Origin: a virus | Taxonomy: Duplodnaviria > Heunggongvirae > Uroviricota > Caudoviricetes | Length of the DNA: 41,441 bases | Strand: one strand, 5' to 3' | IMG/VR virus record: IMGVR_UViG_2541047739_000012 | Shown: piece after piece, positions 1 to 10,616 of the stretch | Numbering within the stretch: the stretch's first letter is position 1 | Layout of the letters: every line of letters starts with the position of its first letter | Position numbers and translations under genes: made by a program | Notes under the pieces: model-generated | What the model was told of the DNA's origin: nothing | The model's database searches: none | Seen by the model: only the letters and a program-made list of their open reading frames with translations

Positions 1-585
1 TTACATTGTGTCTGGTTCTTCCGGCCACTCAATATCAGGTGCAGTTGATGTATCAACACGGTTCAGCAACACCCGATACTTCTTCCATGCTGCCAGCAAC
101 GACGCCTCTTCTTCCGTTGCGATCTCCAGATCCACAGCATCCTGAAGCGGCGCTATATGCTCACTGGCTACCTGCATCAGGCTGTTTTTTGTTTCTTCCG
201 CCTCCCGGATCCGGAACAGTTTTTCTGCTTCTGCATCTTTCACCCAGGCTGTGCCGTTCCACTTCTGAAACTCCCCTTCCGGGGATAACCAGGTGACATT
301 TTCCGGTAATGGGCCAAGTTCAGAAATAAATAACGCGTCGCCGGAAGCCACGTCATAGACGGTTTTACCCCGATGGTCTTCAACGAGATGCCACGATGCC
401 TCATCACTGTTGAAAACAGCCACAAAGCCAGCCGGAATATCTGGCGGTGCAATATCGGTACTGTTTGCTGGCAGACCTGTATGAGGCGGAATGTATGCGT
501 CACCTTCACCAATAAATTCATTAGTTCCGGCCAGCAGATTATAAATTGTTATGGTCCGTGGTTGTTCACTCATTCTGAATGCCAT
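1..585 (-). CDS. tfa: tail fiber assembly protein (Tfa)
   Basis: Complete 194-aa ORF (stop at 1-3, ATG at 583-585); start overlaps the upstream stop as TAATG; sequence recalled as lambda Tfa-like; sits directly after the side tail fibre gene. Confidence 0.85.
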   Translation of the reverse strand: MAFRMSEQPRTITIYNLLAGTNEFIGEGDAYIPPHTGLPANSTDIAPPDIPAGFVAVFNSDEASWHLVEDHRGKTVYDVASGDALFISELGPLPENVTWLSPEGEFQKWNGTAWVKDAEAEKLFRIREAEETKNSLMQVASEHIAPLQDAVDLEIATEEEASLLAAWKKYRVLLNRVDTSTAPDIEWPEEPDTM

Positions 586-3500
586 TATGCGAGCCTCACA
601 ATGTAGTTAAATGCGATGTTTTTGACGGTGTTTTCCGCGTTACCAGCAGCGTTAACGGTGATGGTGTGTCCATGTGAACCAATCGCAACAGAGTGCGTAT
701 GAGCACCAATACCGACAGTATGCGCGTGTGCACCCGCAGATGCTGCTGTGCCGGACAGTGAGTGTGTATGGTTTCCTTCTGAAGATGATTTACCTACCCA
801 TTGGGAGGTGCCACTGGTTAATGAGCCACTGATACCAACCTGATTAGTCCCGCTAACTTGAGTACTCCCTGCCGGAAACATTCCAGTAGGTTGACTCCCG
901 CTATTCGTTCTGGGCCCAGTCTGACTATGTTGGTGGGCCCCAGCTGAACTTGTAGAGCCGCTCAGACTGTGCGTATGCGCCCCGGTGTTATTCGTGGATT
1001 TAGTGCCGTAATCAAACGACGATGTGGTTTTCGTCCCCAAATCAGTACTGGATGCGCTGGCGCTGTGGGTATGCGATTTAATGCCGTCCTGTTCCTGAGA
1101 CAATACGGCCCGACCACTGGCAGGTTTGCCCTTAATCGTCCAGCCACGCATATCAGGGATCACGCCTGACGGATAAGCGGCTGCAAGTTTCGGGTAAGCA
1201 GATTTGTCAAAAGTCTGCCCCTGCATCAGGGCATAACCAGACGGAACGGTATCTGATGGCCACGGGATTGGTGCGCCAACAGGGTAGCTTTCTGGTGGAA
1301 TATTTTTCGAGGTATAAACTTCTGCCCAGTCTTCCTCAAAACCATAGCCATCTCTTGAAGAACGGTAGAACAGACCACCATTTCTGTAATGCGCCTTCAT
1401 CTGCAGGGTCCGGCAACTTCCGACTCCGGTATAGAAGTTAACCAGAATATAGCTGTCGCCAGAGCGAGTGACATTGTAAGCGCCTGATTCGGCATTCCAG
1501 GGAACGCCACCATCCGCATCGGCATATGTATCCGTTGCCCTTCTGGCAAAAGCAGCCACATGCGCGGCGGTTAAAGTAATATCTTTGGAACCATCAAACT
1601 CAACACCAGAAACCCGTCTTGGCGTTTGCAGCTTTGTTGCTGTTAATGCATTACCGTTCAGACTTGCGGACAGTTTGGTTCCAATAACCAGTTCGCCGGT
1701 TGCGTTATCAATAGCAAACGGTCTTAATGTATTCCAGCCACCATAAACATCACCTTGATTGGTAAGCAGCAGGTAAGTTTTAGCGCCATCATTACGCCAT
1801 AATGCACCATACTCCCCACCTATCATTCGAATCTGATTACCACCACGCGCTACAATTTCGTCTGTGGCAAAAAGTTTTTTGCACGACAAGTTATCGTTAA
1901 CGATTAACGAATGAGACTCATAAAAACCACGCCCACTCTTAAAATCAAGGATAACGTCCGCCGCGATACATTCAGTCGCCGGATTTGTTGCCCCAAACTT
2001 ATAGGTCGTATCATTAACAACGAGATCAGCACCAGGTGCGGATATTGACAGGCCATCTTCGATAAACGCAAAAACAGGGAAAGCAGCGCCATCAACATAG
2101 AACACAGAGCGCAAATCATCACCCTTATTACTCATCATTATTGAGTGGATGGCTCGTTCATTGTTTTGATATTGCCAGAACATTCCATAAGCATAACGCC
2201 CCCTGTCAGTCCAGCCACCAGGCATAACAAATCCGTTAAACTCGCAGTTATTCATCGGATCGCCTGCGGTTCGCGTTGCCGTGGTGATAATGACCCTTGA
2301 TGCCAGTTCGCTTACTGAGCCAGCAGAACGCATAACAACAACAGGGTAATATTTTCCAGATGTTGCACCTGCAGGAGCGTTAACCCGCACATAACGCATA
2401 CCACGCTTATCAGCAAAGTCTGTTTTACTGACCGCGTTAATGTTGTTCAGGAAGCGTCCCTTATCGGGTATATCAGCGCCGTTCTGGTCTTTCTGCAGAC
2501 GTTTATCTGCATTGTCATAGGCTGATTTTACTGCCTTTGGCGTTGCCGCCAGCGTTTCAGACGTACTGTTGGTCGCACTGCTGAGCTGTACTATCCCCTT
2601 TTTCGTCGTACTTGCATCCTCAAGCGCCACGGCGGATGCAATATCCTCTGCCCGTTTAGCTGCTGTCTCGGCGCGCGTTGCCGCGGATTCCGCCGTACTT
2701 TTGCTCTGAGCTGCTGCCGTCGCACTGCCAGCAGCCTCTGTCGCCTTCGTGGATGCCGTCGTGGCGCTGCTCTTCGCTGCTGACGCCTGTCTGGTCGCCT
2801 CATCTTTTGAAGCAGACGCCGATGATGCCGATGACGCCGCCGAACTGGCGGACGATGCGGCAGCCGTTTCTGAGGATTCTGCGCTGGTTTCCGACGCTTT
2901 CGCGTTCGTTTCGGATGTCTTCGCTGCGGAAGCAGACCTCGCTGCTGCGCTGGCCTGTTCAGTGGCTTCGCCAGCCTTCGTTGTGGCTGTTGAAGCAGAC
3001 GATGCGGCACTTTCTGCCGACTTTCCGGCAGCGGTGGCACTGGCTGAGGCCTGCCCGGCACTTGTTGACGCGGCACTGGCAGATGATGCAGCCGCTGTTT
3101 TTGAGCCTGCCGCAGCTGAGGCGCTCTGTCCCGCTGCCGTCTCAGAAGACCTGGCGTTCGTCTCGGACGTTTTTGCCGCCTTCGCGGAATTTGCTGCCGC
3201 CGTTGCCGAGGAAGCTGCGCTACTGGCGCTCGAGAATGCGTTCGTTTCTGATGATTTTGCCGCCTCTTTTGAAGCCGACGCATCCCGGGCTGAGGTGGCA
3301 GCTTCTGACGCTTTCGTAGTCGCGGTGGATGCAGAAGTGGCGGCTGATTGTTGTGACGCTGCAGCATTCGTTTCTGACGTTTTCGCCGCACCGGCACTGG
3401 TAGCTGCCGCGCTTTTTGAGGACTCTGCAGCGGCAGCACTTTTTTCCGCTTCAGTGGCCTTTGTTGATGCCGTTCCTGCGCTGGAAGACGCTGACTGAGC

Positions 3501-3995
3501 CGACGAAGCGGCCTGTCCGGCTGACGTGCTGGCTGCGCGTGCTGAGCCTGCAGCATCAGTCGCATGGGTTGCCGCCTCACGGGCAGATGTGCCGGCATCG
3601 CCGGCTGACTTCTTCGCGGCTGCCGTGTTCTGTGCCACCGCGGACGCGTTACGCGCCACCTCTTCCACCATCAGTTCAAAACGGCGCAGAGCCTCCGGAC
3701 GGGCATCATCCTCCGTCATGGCACCGAGAAAATCATTCAGCGTACCGGGTTGAGAATCTTCATACACGGTGATGGTCCCGGCATGTGACGGCGGGAATCC
3801 TTCCACCAACAGAATAACGCTGTACTGACCGTACTCAACGTCCATGCTGTAACGCCCGGCTTCATCCGGATTTTCTGAGGCCAGCGTGTTCACCACCACC
3901 GTGGTGCTGTTACGTTTTGCTTTCAGCTGGATTGTGCAGTTCTGTACCGGTTTTCCTGTGCCGTCTTTCAGTACACCTGAAATCTTTACTGCCAT
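585..3995 (-). CDS. stf: side tail fiber protein (Stf)
   Basis: ORF track gives 585..4001 (GTG at 4001); preferred ATG at 3993-3995 ([18 protein letters not shown]..., lambda Stf-like N-terminus) preceded by GGGGTGA. Long Ala/Ser/Thr low-complexity middle with repeated SETNA motifs; C-terminal Gly/His-rich HxH repeats (GAHTHS, GAHAHT, GSHGHT) typical of fibre tips. Confidence 0.8.
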   Translation of the reverse strand: MAVKISGVLKDGTGKPVQNCTIQLKAKRNSTTVVVNTLASENPDEAGRYSMDVEYGQYSVILLVEGFPPSHAGTITVYEDSQPGTLNDFLGAMTEDDARPEALRRFELMVEEVARNASAVAQNTAAAKKSAGDAGTSAREAATHATDAAGSARAASTSAGQAASSAQSASSSAGTASTKATEAEKSAAAAESSKSAAATSAGAAKTSETNAAASQQSAATSASTATTKASEAATSARDASASKEAAKSSETNAFSSASSAASSATAAANSAKAAKTSETNARSSETAAGQSASAAAGSKTAAASSASAASTSAGQASASATAAGKSAESAASSASTATTKAGEATEQASAAARSASAAKTSETNAKASETSAESSETAAASSASSAASSASSASASKDEATRQASAAKSSATTASTKATEAAGSATAAAQSKSTAESAATRAETAAKRAEDIASAVALEDASTTKKGIVQLSSATNSTSETLAATPKAVKSAYDNADKRLQKDQNGADIPDKGRFLNNINAVSKTDFADKRGMRYVRVNAPAGATSGKYYPVVVMRSAGSVSELASRVIITTATRTAGDPMNNCEFNGFVMPGGWTDRGRYAYGMFWQYQNNERAIHSIMMSNKGDDLRSVFYVDGAAFPVFAFIEDGLSISAPGADLVVNDTTYKFGATNPATECIAADVILDFKSGRGFYESHSLIVNDNLSCKKLFATDEIVARGGNQIRMIGGEYGALWRNDGAKTYLLLTNQGDVYGGWNTLRPFAIDNATGELVIGTKLSASLNGNALTATKLQTPRRVSGVEFDGSKDITLTAAHVAAFARRATDTYADADGGVPWNAESGAYNVTRSGDSYILVNFYTGVGSCRTLQMKAHYRNGGLFYRSSRDGYGFEEDWAEVYTSKNIPPESYPVGAPIPWPSDTVPSGYALMQGQTFDKSAYPKLAAAYPSGVIPDMRGWTIKGKPASGRAVLSQEQDGIKSHTHSASASSTDLGTKTTSSFDYGTKSTNNTGAHTHSLSGSTSSAGAHQHSQTGPRTNSGSQPTGMFPAGSTQVSGTNQVGISGSLTSGTSQWVGKSSSEGNHTHSLSGTAASAGAHAHTVGIGAHTHSVAIGSHGHTITVNAAGNAENTVKNIAFNYIVRLA
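2600..3560 (-). repeat. low-complexity imperfect tandem repeats inside stf (Ala/Ser/Thr-rich coding repeats)
   Basis: Repetitive GC-rich DNA gives long spurious ORFs in other frames on both strands (2591..3598, 2678..3319, 2749..3498); protein shows recurring KTSETNA / SAAxSA units. Confidence 0.7.
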
Positions 3996-4004
3996 ATTCA
4001 CCCC

Positions 4005-4033
4005 ACAAAAAAGCCCGCCTGAACCGGCGGGCT
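4005..4033 (-). terminator. intrinsic terminator-like hairpin between lom and stf
   Basis: Minus strand: stem AGCCCGCC / GGCGGGCT (8 bp) with 6-nt loop, followed by TTTTTT and then the stf RBS and start. Confidence 0.55.
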
Positions 4034-4059
4034 GTCATAACACTGTGTTACCTGGCTAA

Positions 4060-4659
4060 TCAGAATTTATAACCGACACCCACGATGAAACCGTCAGTGC
4101 GCCAGTCACCACTGCCAGAACCTTCATAAGCAATATCAATGGCCACGGATTCGGTCGGGTTAAACTGCACGCCAGCCCCCCACGCCAGAGACGTGTTGCT
4201 GTGGCGACCGTCATCACTTCCGGTCAGCACATCGTGCGTTTTCCCCTTGTTGTCAGTTACGCGGAGATAATCCCCGGAGAAAGTCGACACACGGCTGTAA
4301 GCCACACCCGCCATCGCATACGCGCTGAACCATTCATTCACGCGTACAGACGGCCCCGCCATCACGCTGAACCAGCGGTTACGCACAGAATCTTCATGCC
4401 AGCGGGTATCGCTGTAACGGGTAAGCTGGCGATTCTTGTCTCCTGCATAGCTGAATGACGTCACCATCCCCAGCGTGTCCGTAAACTCATAACGGTATTT
4501 CACGTTAATCCCGTTCAGATCATCGCTGCCGGAAACGTTCGTCGAGGCATGAAGATAGCCCGCGCTCAGCGTGGACTGATGTTCAGACGCCCATGCAGGC
4601 GCACCGGATACGGCCAGACAGATGGCTGCGGACAAAATGGCGGCATAAAGTTTACGCAT
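4060..4659 (-). CDS. lom: outer membrane protein Lom (Ail/Lom family)
   Basis: 199-aa ORF with N-terminal signal peptide ([24 protein letters not shown]), beta-barrel-like alternating pattern, C-terminal ...GVGYKF; lambda Lom-like; sits between J and stf as in lambda. Confidence 0.85.
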   Translation of the reverse strand: MRKLYAAILSAAICLAVSGAPAWASEHQSTLSAGYLHASTNVSGSDDLNGINVKYRYEFTDTLGMVTSFSYAGDKNRQLTRYSDTRWHEDSVRNRWFSVMAGPSVRVNEWFSAYAMAGVAYSRVSTFSGDYLRVTDNKGKTHDVLTGSDDGRHSNTSLAWGAGVQFNPTESVAIDIAYEGSGSGDWRTDGFIVGVGYKF

Positions 4660-4681
4660 AATTACCTCTCGCTTTTCTGCA

Positions 4682-4707
4682 ATAAAAAAGGCGTCATTTC
4701 TGACGCC
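4682..4707 (-). terminator. intrinsic terminator between J and lom
   Basis: Minus strand: stem GGCGTCA / TGACGCC (7 bp) with 4-nt loop, followed by TTTTTTAT; lies 19 nt downstream of the J stop. Confidence 0.6.
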
Positions 4708-4725
4708 CGTTATGGGTTATAAAAT

Positions 4726-7700
4726 TCAGCTGATACTGATACCTGCTGTGGATTTTTTCATCACCACAACCAGCAGATCGCTGATACTGGTTGTTGGTGT
4801 CCAGTTATTCGCTCCTGATGAAGATACGGTGAATGTCAGTGTCAGCGTCCCCTGTCCGGCAGGCATATCTATAACTGAGGAAAATACGCCCTGAGCATCC
4901 GTCGTGGACTGATTAAAAATCTCCTGACCATTGCGGGTCACTCTTAACCGGCAGGTTGAATACCAGTATGACTGTTGGTTATTACTGTTGAAATTCTCAT
5001 GCTTACCACCGCGGAATAACACTGGCGGTATCATGACCTGCCGGTCAAATTTCTGATCATCACTGATTCTTACCGTGATGGTGCCACTGGCATAACTGTT
5101 CGTGCGGGGGAAAGACTTGCTGACCGTTTTGACAATATCGCCTTCAATCTGATTGGCTGACAGTTTCCCCTTAATCTGACAGTTCTCATTAATCGTGACA
5201 TTGTTGAGCGTCCCGGAGTTCGCATTCACACTGCCACTGATATCCGCATTTTTAGCAGTCAGCTTTCCGTCCGGTGTCAGGGAAAATGCCGGAGGATTAC
5301 CGCCGCTGGTAATGGTGGGAGCCGTCAGATATTTCAGGAACACTTCATTCATGAATATCTGATCGCCCTGACCAACAAACATCGGCTTTGTGTTGCCATT
5401 CGCAGGATTAATCATCGCAATCCTGTCTGCCGCCAGCAGCACCTGACTCTGCATGCCGTCGGGGGTGTTCTCAATACCGGCACCGATACCCGCAATATAA
5501 AGGCGTCCGTCCTGCATCTGCTGCAGCTTCACTGCCCACATGCTGTTCAGGTTATTATTTGTATCAACCTGAACCTTCTGTATCTGCTGGATCGCTGCAC
5601 TCTGGTCTTCCAGTTTCTTATTGACGGTCTGTGTTATTTCATTGCTGACATCCGTTATGGACGTCCTGATTTCAGTCAGGTCAGGCGCAAGCTGACCGTT
5701 ATCAATCTGCGTCCACAGCTCCTGAGCCAGATGGGTTTTCCCTATCTCGCCTTTGAAAAAATCCAGATAGCCTGATGCATCATCACTCGGCTGACCGACA
5801 GCCTCCACGAATGCCGATTTGCCAACGGTGTTCACACTGCGAACGTAAAAATAATAATCATGGCCCGGTTTGATATTGATACTGGCGGCTATCCAGTACA
5901 GCGCCGTACCAAGATAACGCGCGCTGGTTTCAACCTGCCTGATATCGGCAATCCGCGTTTCCGAGAACCAGAACTCAAACTGTACCGTCGGATCATAAAC
6001 GGCAAGATGCGGTATGGCGGTTATCTGAAAATAGCCCGGCGTCAGCTCAATCCGCGACGGTGCTGCCGGTGCGGCAATCCGGAACGATACCGACGCCGGA
6101 TCGCCCTGCTGTCCCCACGCATTTACCGCCCGGACCGTCAGCGTGTAACGCCCCAGCGCCAGTTGCCTGAAGCGGTATGTGGTTTCCGTCGTCCGGGCCG
6201 TGCTGACCAGCCGCTCACTGCCGTCATCCGCTGTTACGGTCAGACGGAGCAGGAAGCTCACGCCCTTCACCACCTTCGGCGTGTCCCAGCGCGCCAGCAC
6301 CTGATATTCCCCGCTGTCTGCGGTGACTTCGGCGGTCAGGTGCTGCACCGCTGGCGGCGTGACACCATTCACCGTGCCGCTCTGGTCGCCGTCAAAGTGC
6401 GCCCCGTTATCCACGATGGCTTCTTTTTCCGGTACATGCTGCACGGCGGTGATGGCATACGTGCCGTCGTCGTTCTCACGGATACTCACGCAGCGGAACA
6501 GGCGCTGGCGCAGCGTCGGCAGCTTCAGCCCCCACACGCTGTATCCGGCAACGCCGTCAGGAACACGGCTCACTTTTACCTTCACGCCGTCGGTGACGGA
6601 CTGGACCTCCACGCTGACCGGATTGCCACTTCCGTCAACCAGGCTTATCAGCGTGGTACCGGAGGATGGCAGCGTGATTTCACGGTCGAGCGTCAGCGTC
6701 CGGGTCTGGCTGTCCACCGCCAGCACGCGCCCGCCGGTGCTGATACCGGCATAGTCATCATCGCAGATTTCAATGACATCCCCCGGTACATGGCGAAGCC
6801 CTTCCGCACCCACGCTGAAGTCCACGGTCTGCGTTTCCAGCAGTTCCGTTTTAATCAGCCACAGCCCGGCGCGGTGCGCCTGCCCCCGGCTGGTACAGCC
6901 AAAGGCATCCATCTTCGTGACGTTACGACCGTAACGGGCAATGGCCTGCGTATCTTCAACAAGCTCTGTCGCCGTCTCCCAGCCGTTATCCGGATCAATC
7001 CAGTTCACCTCAACGGCATTATGGCGGTCCTTCAGGGCGCTGAAGCTGTAGCGGAACGGCGCGCCATCATCCGGCATCACCACATTACTGCGGTTATAGG
7101 TCCACACCTTATCTGACTGTCGGTCCTGCACGAACGTCAGCGTCTGCCCGTTCCATACCGGCATACAGCGCATCGCCGAGCAGAAATCACTGAGCACATC
7201 CCACGCCTTGCGCTGTGTGGTCAGGTACGCATTACAGGTGATGCGCGGCTCCGTGCCGCCAAAGCCGTCCGGCACTGACTGGTCGCAATACTGGCCGATA
7301 ACATACAGCGCCCATTTATCCACATCTGCCGCACCAAGACGTTTCCCCATGCCGTAGCGCGGGTGGGTCAGCATATCCCACAGACACCAGGCCATGTTGT
7401 TGCTGTATGCCGGTTTTAACGTTCCGTCCCAGATACCGCTGTATTGCCGCGTCTGCGGGTTATAGTTCGACGGCACCTGCAGAATGCGCCCGCGCAGATG
7501 ATAATTACGGCTCACCTGCTGGCTGCCGAACTGTTCCGAGTCCACCTGCACGCCGACCAGTGCCGTGTTCGGGTAGCACTGTTTCACATCGATGATTTCG
7601 GTGTATGACGACCAGAGCGTTTTGTTCTGCAGCTGGTCTGTGGTGCTGTCCGGCGTCATCCTGCGCATCCGGATATTAAACGGGCGCGGCGGCAGGTTAT

Positions 7701-8208
7701 CCACCACCACCGAGGCCAGATACTGCGAGGTGGTTTTGCCCTTAATGGTGATGTCTTTTTCCGTCACCCAGCCACCATTACGCTGTATCTGAACCAGCAG
7801 GCGAACTTCCGACGGATTCCGGTCACCCTTTGAGGTGGTTTCCACCAGTGCCTGCACACCGAAGGTAAAGCGCAGTCGGTCGATGTTTGCAGACGTGATG
7901 GTGCGGGTGATCGGCGTGTCATATTTCACTTCCGTACCCAGCACCGTCTCGGAACCGGAGGATTCAAACCCCTCCGGCGGAGTCTGCTCCTGCTCACCTG
8001 CCCGGAACACCACCGTGACACCGGAGATATTGGTATTCCCCTCACTGTCCAGCACCGGCGTACTGTTCAGCAGCACGCTTTTTAACCCATCCACCGGACC
8101 TTCAACCGGCCCTTCGCTGATGGCATCGATCACACTCAGCAACTGCGTGGACTTCAGGTTGTCCTTCGCTTCGCGCGGGGTATGCCCCTTACTGCTGCCT
8201 TTACCCAT
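4726..8208 (-). CDS. J: tail tip / host specificity protein J (central tail fibre)
   Basis: 1160-aa ORF, ATG at 8206-8208; N-terminus [24 protein letters not shown]... lambda J-like; size and position after I match lambda gene order. Confidence 0.9.
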   Translation of the reverse strand: MGKGSSKGHTPREAKDNLKSTQLLSVIDAISEGPVEGPVDGLKSVLLNSTPVLDSEGNTNISGVTVVFRAGEQEQTPPEGFESSGSETVLGTEVKYDTPITRTITSANIDRLRFTFGVQALVETTSKGDRNPSEVRLLVQIQRNGGWVTEKDITIKGKTTSQYLASVVVDNLPPRPFNIRMRRMTPDSTTDQLQNKTLWSSYTEIIDVKQCYPNTALVGVQVDSEQFGSQQVSRNYHLRGRILQVPSNYNPQTRQYSGIWDGTLKPAYSNNMAWCLWDMLTHPRYGMGKRLGAADVDKWALYVIGQYCDQSVPDGFGGTEPRITCNAYLTTQRKAWDVLSDFCSAMRCMPVWNGQTLTFVQDRQSDKVWTYNRSNVVMPDDGAPFRYSFSALKDRHNAVEVNWIDPDNGWETATELVEDTQAIARYGRNVTKMDAFGCTSRGQAHRAGLWLIKTELLETQTVDFSVGAEGLRHVPGDVIEICDDDYAGISTGGRVLAVDSQTRTLTLDREITLPSSGTTLISLVDGSGNPVSVEVQSVTDGVKVKVSRVPDGVAGYSVWGLKLPTLRQRLFRCVSIRENDDGTYAITAVQHVPEKEAIVDNGAHFDGDQSGTVNGVTPPAVQHLTAEVTADSGEYQVLARWDTPKVVKGVSFLLRLTVTADDGSERLVSTARTTETTYRFRQLALGRYTLTVRAVNAWGQQGDPASVSFRIAAPAAPSRIELTPGYFQITAIPHLAVYDPTVQFEFWFSETRIADIRQVETSARYLGTALYWIAASINIKPGHDYYFYVRSVNTVGKSAFVEAVGQPSDDASGYLDFFKGEIGKTHLAQELWTQIDNGQLAPDLTEIRTSITDVSNEITQTVNKKLEDQSAAIQQIQKVQVDTNNNLNSMWAVKLQQMQDGRLYIAGIGAGIENTPDGMQSQVLLAADRIAMINPANGNTKPMFVGQGDQIFMNEVFLKYLTAPTITSGGNPPAFSLTPDGKLTAKNADISGSVNANSGTLNNVTINENCQIKGKLSANQIEGDIVKTVSKSFPRTNSYASGTITVRISDDQKFDRQVMIPPVLFRGGKHENFNSNNQQSYWYSTCRLRVTRNGQEIFNQSTTDAQGVFSSVIDMPAGQGTLTLTFTVSSSGANNWTPTTSISDLLVVVMKKSTAGISIS

Positions 8209-8221
8209 TCGTCATGCTCCA

Positions 8222-8249
8222 TAAACGACAAAACCGCCCGCAGGCGGTT
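8222..8249 (-). terminator. terminator-like hairpin between I and J (weak U-tract)
   Basis: Minus strand: stem AACCGCC / GGCGGTT (7 bp) with loop TGCG, followed by TTGTCGTTTA; interrupted T-run so efficiency is uncertain. Confidence 0.4.
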
Positions 8250-8268
8250 TCACATAAAACATTTTTCA

Positions 8269-8916
8269 TCAGCGACCAATCACCACAACCTGACCACCAT
8301 CACCTTCATCTGCCGTGCTGATCTCCTGAGATACCACCCGCGACCCCACGCGCATTTCACCGTACAGAACAGGCAGAACATTGCCCTGGGCAACCATGTT
8401 ATCCAGTGAGGAGAAATAGGTGTTCTGTTTGCCGTTATCTGTACTGGCTGCCGTGGGCGTCCTGGCTTTCGGTGCCAGCATCTGCGCCACACCACCCAGG
8501 ATCATACTGGCCCCTGCTGCATACATACCCGATACAGCCGCGGCCCCCAGCCAGCCCACAGGGTTCCACCATGCCACCGCAATCAGCGCCGCACCCAGCA
8601 CCGCCTGAAACACACCGCCACTTTTGGCACCCGCCAGACGCGGAACTATGTGGATCACGGCACCATTTGCCAGCGGCTCATTAAGACGGGCAGACAATTC
8701 GGTTTCACCTGCATCACGCCCGGCAATCCGTACCTGATACCAGCCGTCACTCAGTTTCTGACGAAATGCCGGGACCTGTGTGGACAGCGCCCGGATGGCT
8801 TCAGCCCCCGTTTTTACACGAAGGTCGATGCGGCGGCCAAATCGTTGTAAATCCCCGTAAAGGCAGATGCGTGCCATGCCCGGTGACGCCAGAGGGAGTG
8901 TGTGCGTCGCTGCCAT
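8269..8916 (-). CDS. I: tail assembly protein I
   Basis: 215-aa ORF, ATG at 8914-8916, lambda I-like with hydrophobic Gly/Ala-rich C-terminal half; between K and J. Confidence 0.8.
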   Translation of the reverse strand: MAATHTLPLASPGMARICLYGDLQRFGRRIDLRVKTGAEAIRALSTQVPAFRQKLSDGWYQVRIAGRDAGETELSARLNEPLANGAVIHIVPRLAGAKSGGVFQAVLGAALIAVAWWNPVGWLGAAAVSGMYAAGASMILGGVAQMLAPKARTPTAASTDNGKQNTYFSSLDNMVAQGNVLPVLYGEMRVGSRVVSQEISTADEGDGGQVVVIGR

Positions 8917-9557
8917 TTGTCGGTGTACCTCTCTCGTTTGCTCAGTTGTTCAGGAATATGGTGCAGCAGCTCGCCGTCACCACAGTAAATTGCGGCATGA
9001 TTCGGCACCGATGAACCAAAACAGCACAGCAGCACATCGCCCGGCTGCGCCTCTGTCAGTGCGACACGGTAAAAACCAGTCGCCTCCATATTGTCAAGAT
9101 AAAGATTCTGGCCGTTACGCCACCAGTCATCTCCGCGATGAAAATCCGGCATCTCAATTCCCGCCAGATGGTATGCATCCCGGAACAGCGTGTAACAGTC
9201 CGTCACCCCGTGCTCAAAGCGCCGCGCGGTAAGATGTGGCACACAGCGGAACTTGTGAATCGCCCCGCGGCAGACCAGCCACCACGGCAAATCACTCTGC
9301 ACCTGCAGCCGCCGATCGGCCTCACTCAGCCAGGGCAGACCACCGGGATGACTGTGGACCAGCGCCACAATCTCACCCTGCATTTCTGCCCGCAGCCAGT
9401 CCTCCGGCGACATCCGGAAATACGCCTCCGGCTCACCGGAGATATTCACGCAGGGAAAATATCTGTCCCCCTCCGGCGTTCTCACCACGAAGCCGCACGA
9501 CTCCGCTGGCGCACATCGCCGGGCGTGCGCCAGAATCGCTGATTCTGTCTCTGTCAT
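8814..9557 (-). CDS. K: tail tip assembly protein K (JAMM/MPN plus NlpC/P60 domains)
   Basis: ORF track 8814..9632 starts at an alternative codon; ATG at 9555-9557 gives MTETESAILAHARR... (247 aa). JAMM motif VHSHPGGLPWLSEAD and NlpC/P60-type Cys (GVTDCYTLF) are visible. Confidence 0.8.
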   Translation of the reverse strand: MTETESAILAHARRCAPAESCGFVVRTPEGDRYFPCVNISGEPEAYFRMSPEDWLRAEMQGEIVALVHSHPGGLPWLSEADRRLQVQSDLPWWLVCRGAIHKFRCVPHLTARRFEHGVTDCYTLFRDAYHLAGIEMPDFHRGDDWWRNGQNLYLDNMEATGFYRVALTEAQPGDVLLCCFGSSVPNHAAIYCGDGELLHHIPEQLSKRERYTDKWQRRTHSLWRHRAWHASAFTGIYNDLAAASTFV

Positions 9558-9561
9558 GGGT

Positions 9562-10260
9562 TTACTGCGAAAGTTTGTTAATGGAAAGGTAGCCGCCAAA
9601 ATTGCCGACGTTATTGCGGAACTTGCAACCACTCAGGCATTTGCTGCACTTATCCTTCGTGATATCGGACGTTGGCTGGTCATATTCATCCGCGACCGCC
9701 GGGCCATCATAACCGCACTCATCGCCGCGGTAGATCCAGGTGCAGGTGTTGGCCAGCATGATGCGCCCCGGAAAAACAGCGCCATCCGTTTCCGTCGGTG
9801 TGGACAGCACAAAAGAGGCACTGACCGCGCTCAGTTCGCTGCACTGTTCGATGCGCCAGCGGCTGATCACCTCCTGCTCCGGATCGGCGTCACTGTTTCC
9901 GTTGACGAAGTTCACCGCATCCAGAAAACGGGCGTAAACCTTACGCCGGACCACCGTTCCGCCGACCAGACTCTGCAGATCTTCCGCCATCCCGGTGACC
10001 ATGCCGTACAGATTAGAGACTTTAAGCGTTGGCCTTGCACTGGCTCCTTTGCCGTTCATCTCAAATCCGCTTCCCTGAATGGGATAAGCCTGATACTGCC
10101 GCCCCTGCCAGGTGACTGGTTCACCTTTTTCGTTCTGCTCATTACAGAAGAAATAACGATCTCCGCCGACCTCTGTCAGATCAATTTCCCAGAGCACGAC
10201 CAGCGCGGATTGCTCCGTTTTAGTGCACTCATTGAGTGTTTCCTGCTGTATATCCTGCAT
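9562..10260 (-). CDS. L: minor tail protein L
   Basis: 232-aa ORF, ATG at 10258-10260 overlapping the M stop (ATGA); lambda L-like, with a C-terminal Cys cluster (CSKCLSGC). Confidence 0.85.
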   Translation of the reverse strand: MQDIQQETLNECTKTEQSALVVLWEIDLTEVGGDRYFFCNEQNEKGEPVTWQGRQYQAYPIQGSGFEMNGKGASARPTLKVSNLYGMVTGMAEDLQSLVGGTVVRRKVYARFLDAVNFVNGNSDADPEQEVISRWRIEQCSELSAVSASFVLSTPTETDGAVFPGRIMLANTCTWIYRGDECGYDGPAVADEYDQPTSDITKDKCSKCLSGCKFRNNVGNFGGYLSINKLSQ

Positions 10261-10616
10261 CAGTGAGTGACCTCTTCAAAGGTACAGTTAAAATCGGTAT
10301 ACATGGCATTATCCGAAATGCTCCACTCCCTGCAGACAACCCGGACAGTCCTGTTGTGTTTTGGCGGACGCCACAAAAAAGCACAAATCCCGGCATGACG
10401 GGATAAAAAACTGTCCAGCGCGGCACGGGAATATTCATCTGTGACACGAAATACCGGTTTAAACGTTTTCAGATCCGCATTCAGACCACCAGCCCGTCGC
10501 TGTTCATATCCGTCACCAAACTTTACCGTAATAACTGATGGCTTTCGTATCGTCTCCATCCCCTCACGGGGGATCCAGTTAAAAACTTCAGGCTCAGGCA
10601 CTGTACAATCCTCCAT
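10260..10616 (-). CDS. M: minor tail protein M
   Basis: ORF track 10260..10646 starts at TTG; first ATG at 10614-10616 (MEDCTV...), alternative ATG at 10557-10559 (METIRK..., preceded by GAGGGG). Conserved VKFGDGYEQ motif as in lambda M (VRFGDGYSQ). Start is uncertain. Confidence 0.65.
   Translation of the reverse strand: MEDCTVPEPEVFNWIPREGMETIRKPSVITVKFGDGYEQRRAGGLNADLKTFKPVFRVTDEYSRAALDSFLSRHAGICAFLWRPPKHNRTVRVVCREWSISDNAMYTDFNCTFEEVTH

Noticed and set aside
2591-3598. Long ORFs in alternative frames and on the plus strand inside stf (2591..3598 minus, 2678..3319 plus, 2749..3498 plus)
   Set aside because: They lie within the Ala/Ser/Thr repeat tract of stf; repetitive GC-rich DNA leaves every frame open. 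The translations are low-complexity (Arg/Pro/Gln or Ala/Asp runs) with no RBS.
5860-7116. 418-aa plus-strand ORF antisense to J
   Set aside because: Entirely embedded antisense in the well-supported J gene, Arg-rich with biased composition and no start context; typical antisense artefact in GC-rich coding DNA. The same applies to 6323..6754 and 7835..8224.
9556-10266. 236-aa plus-strand ORF antisense to L
   Set aside because: Completely overlaps tail gene L on the opposite strand; no RBS, no independent support.
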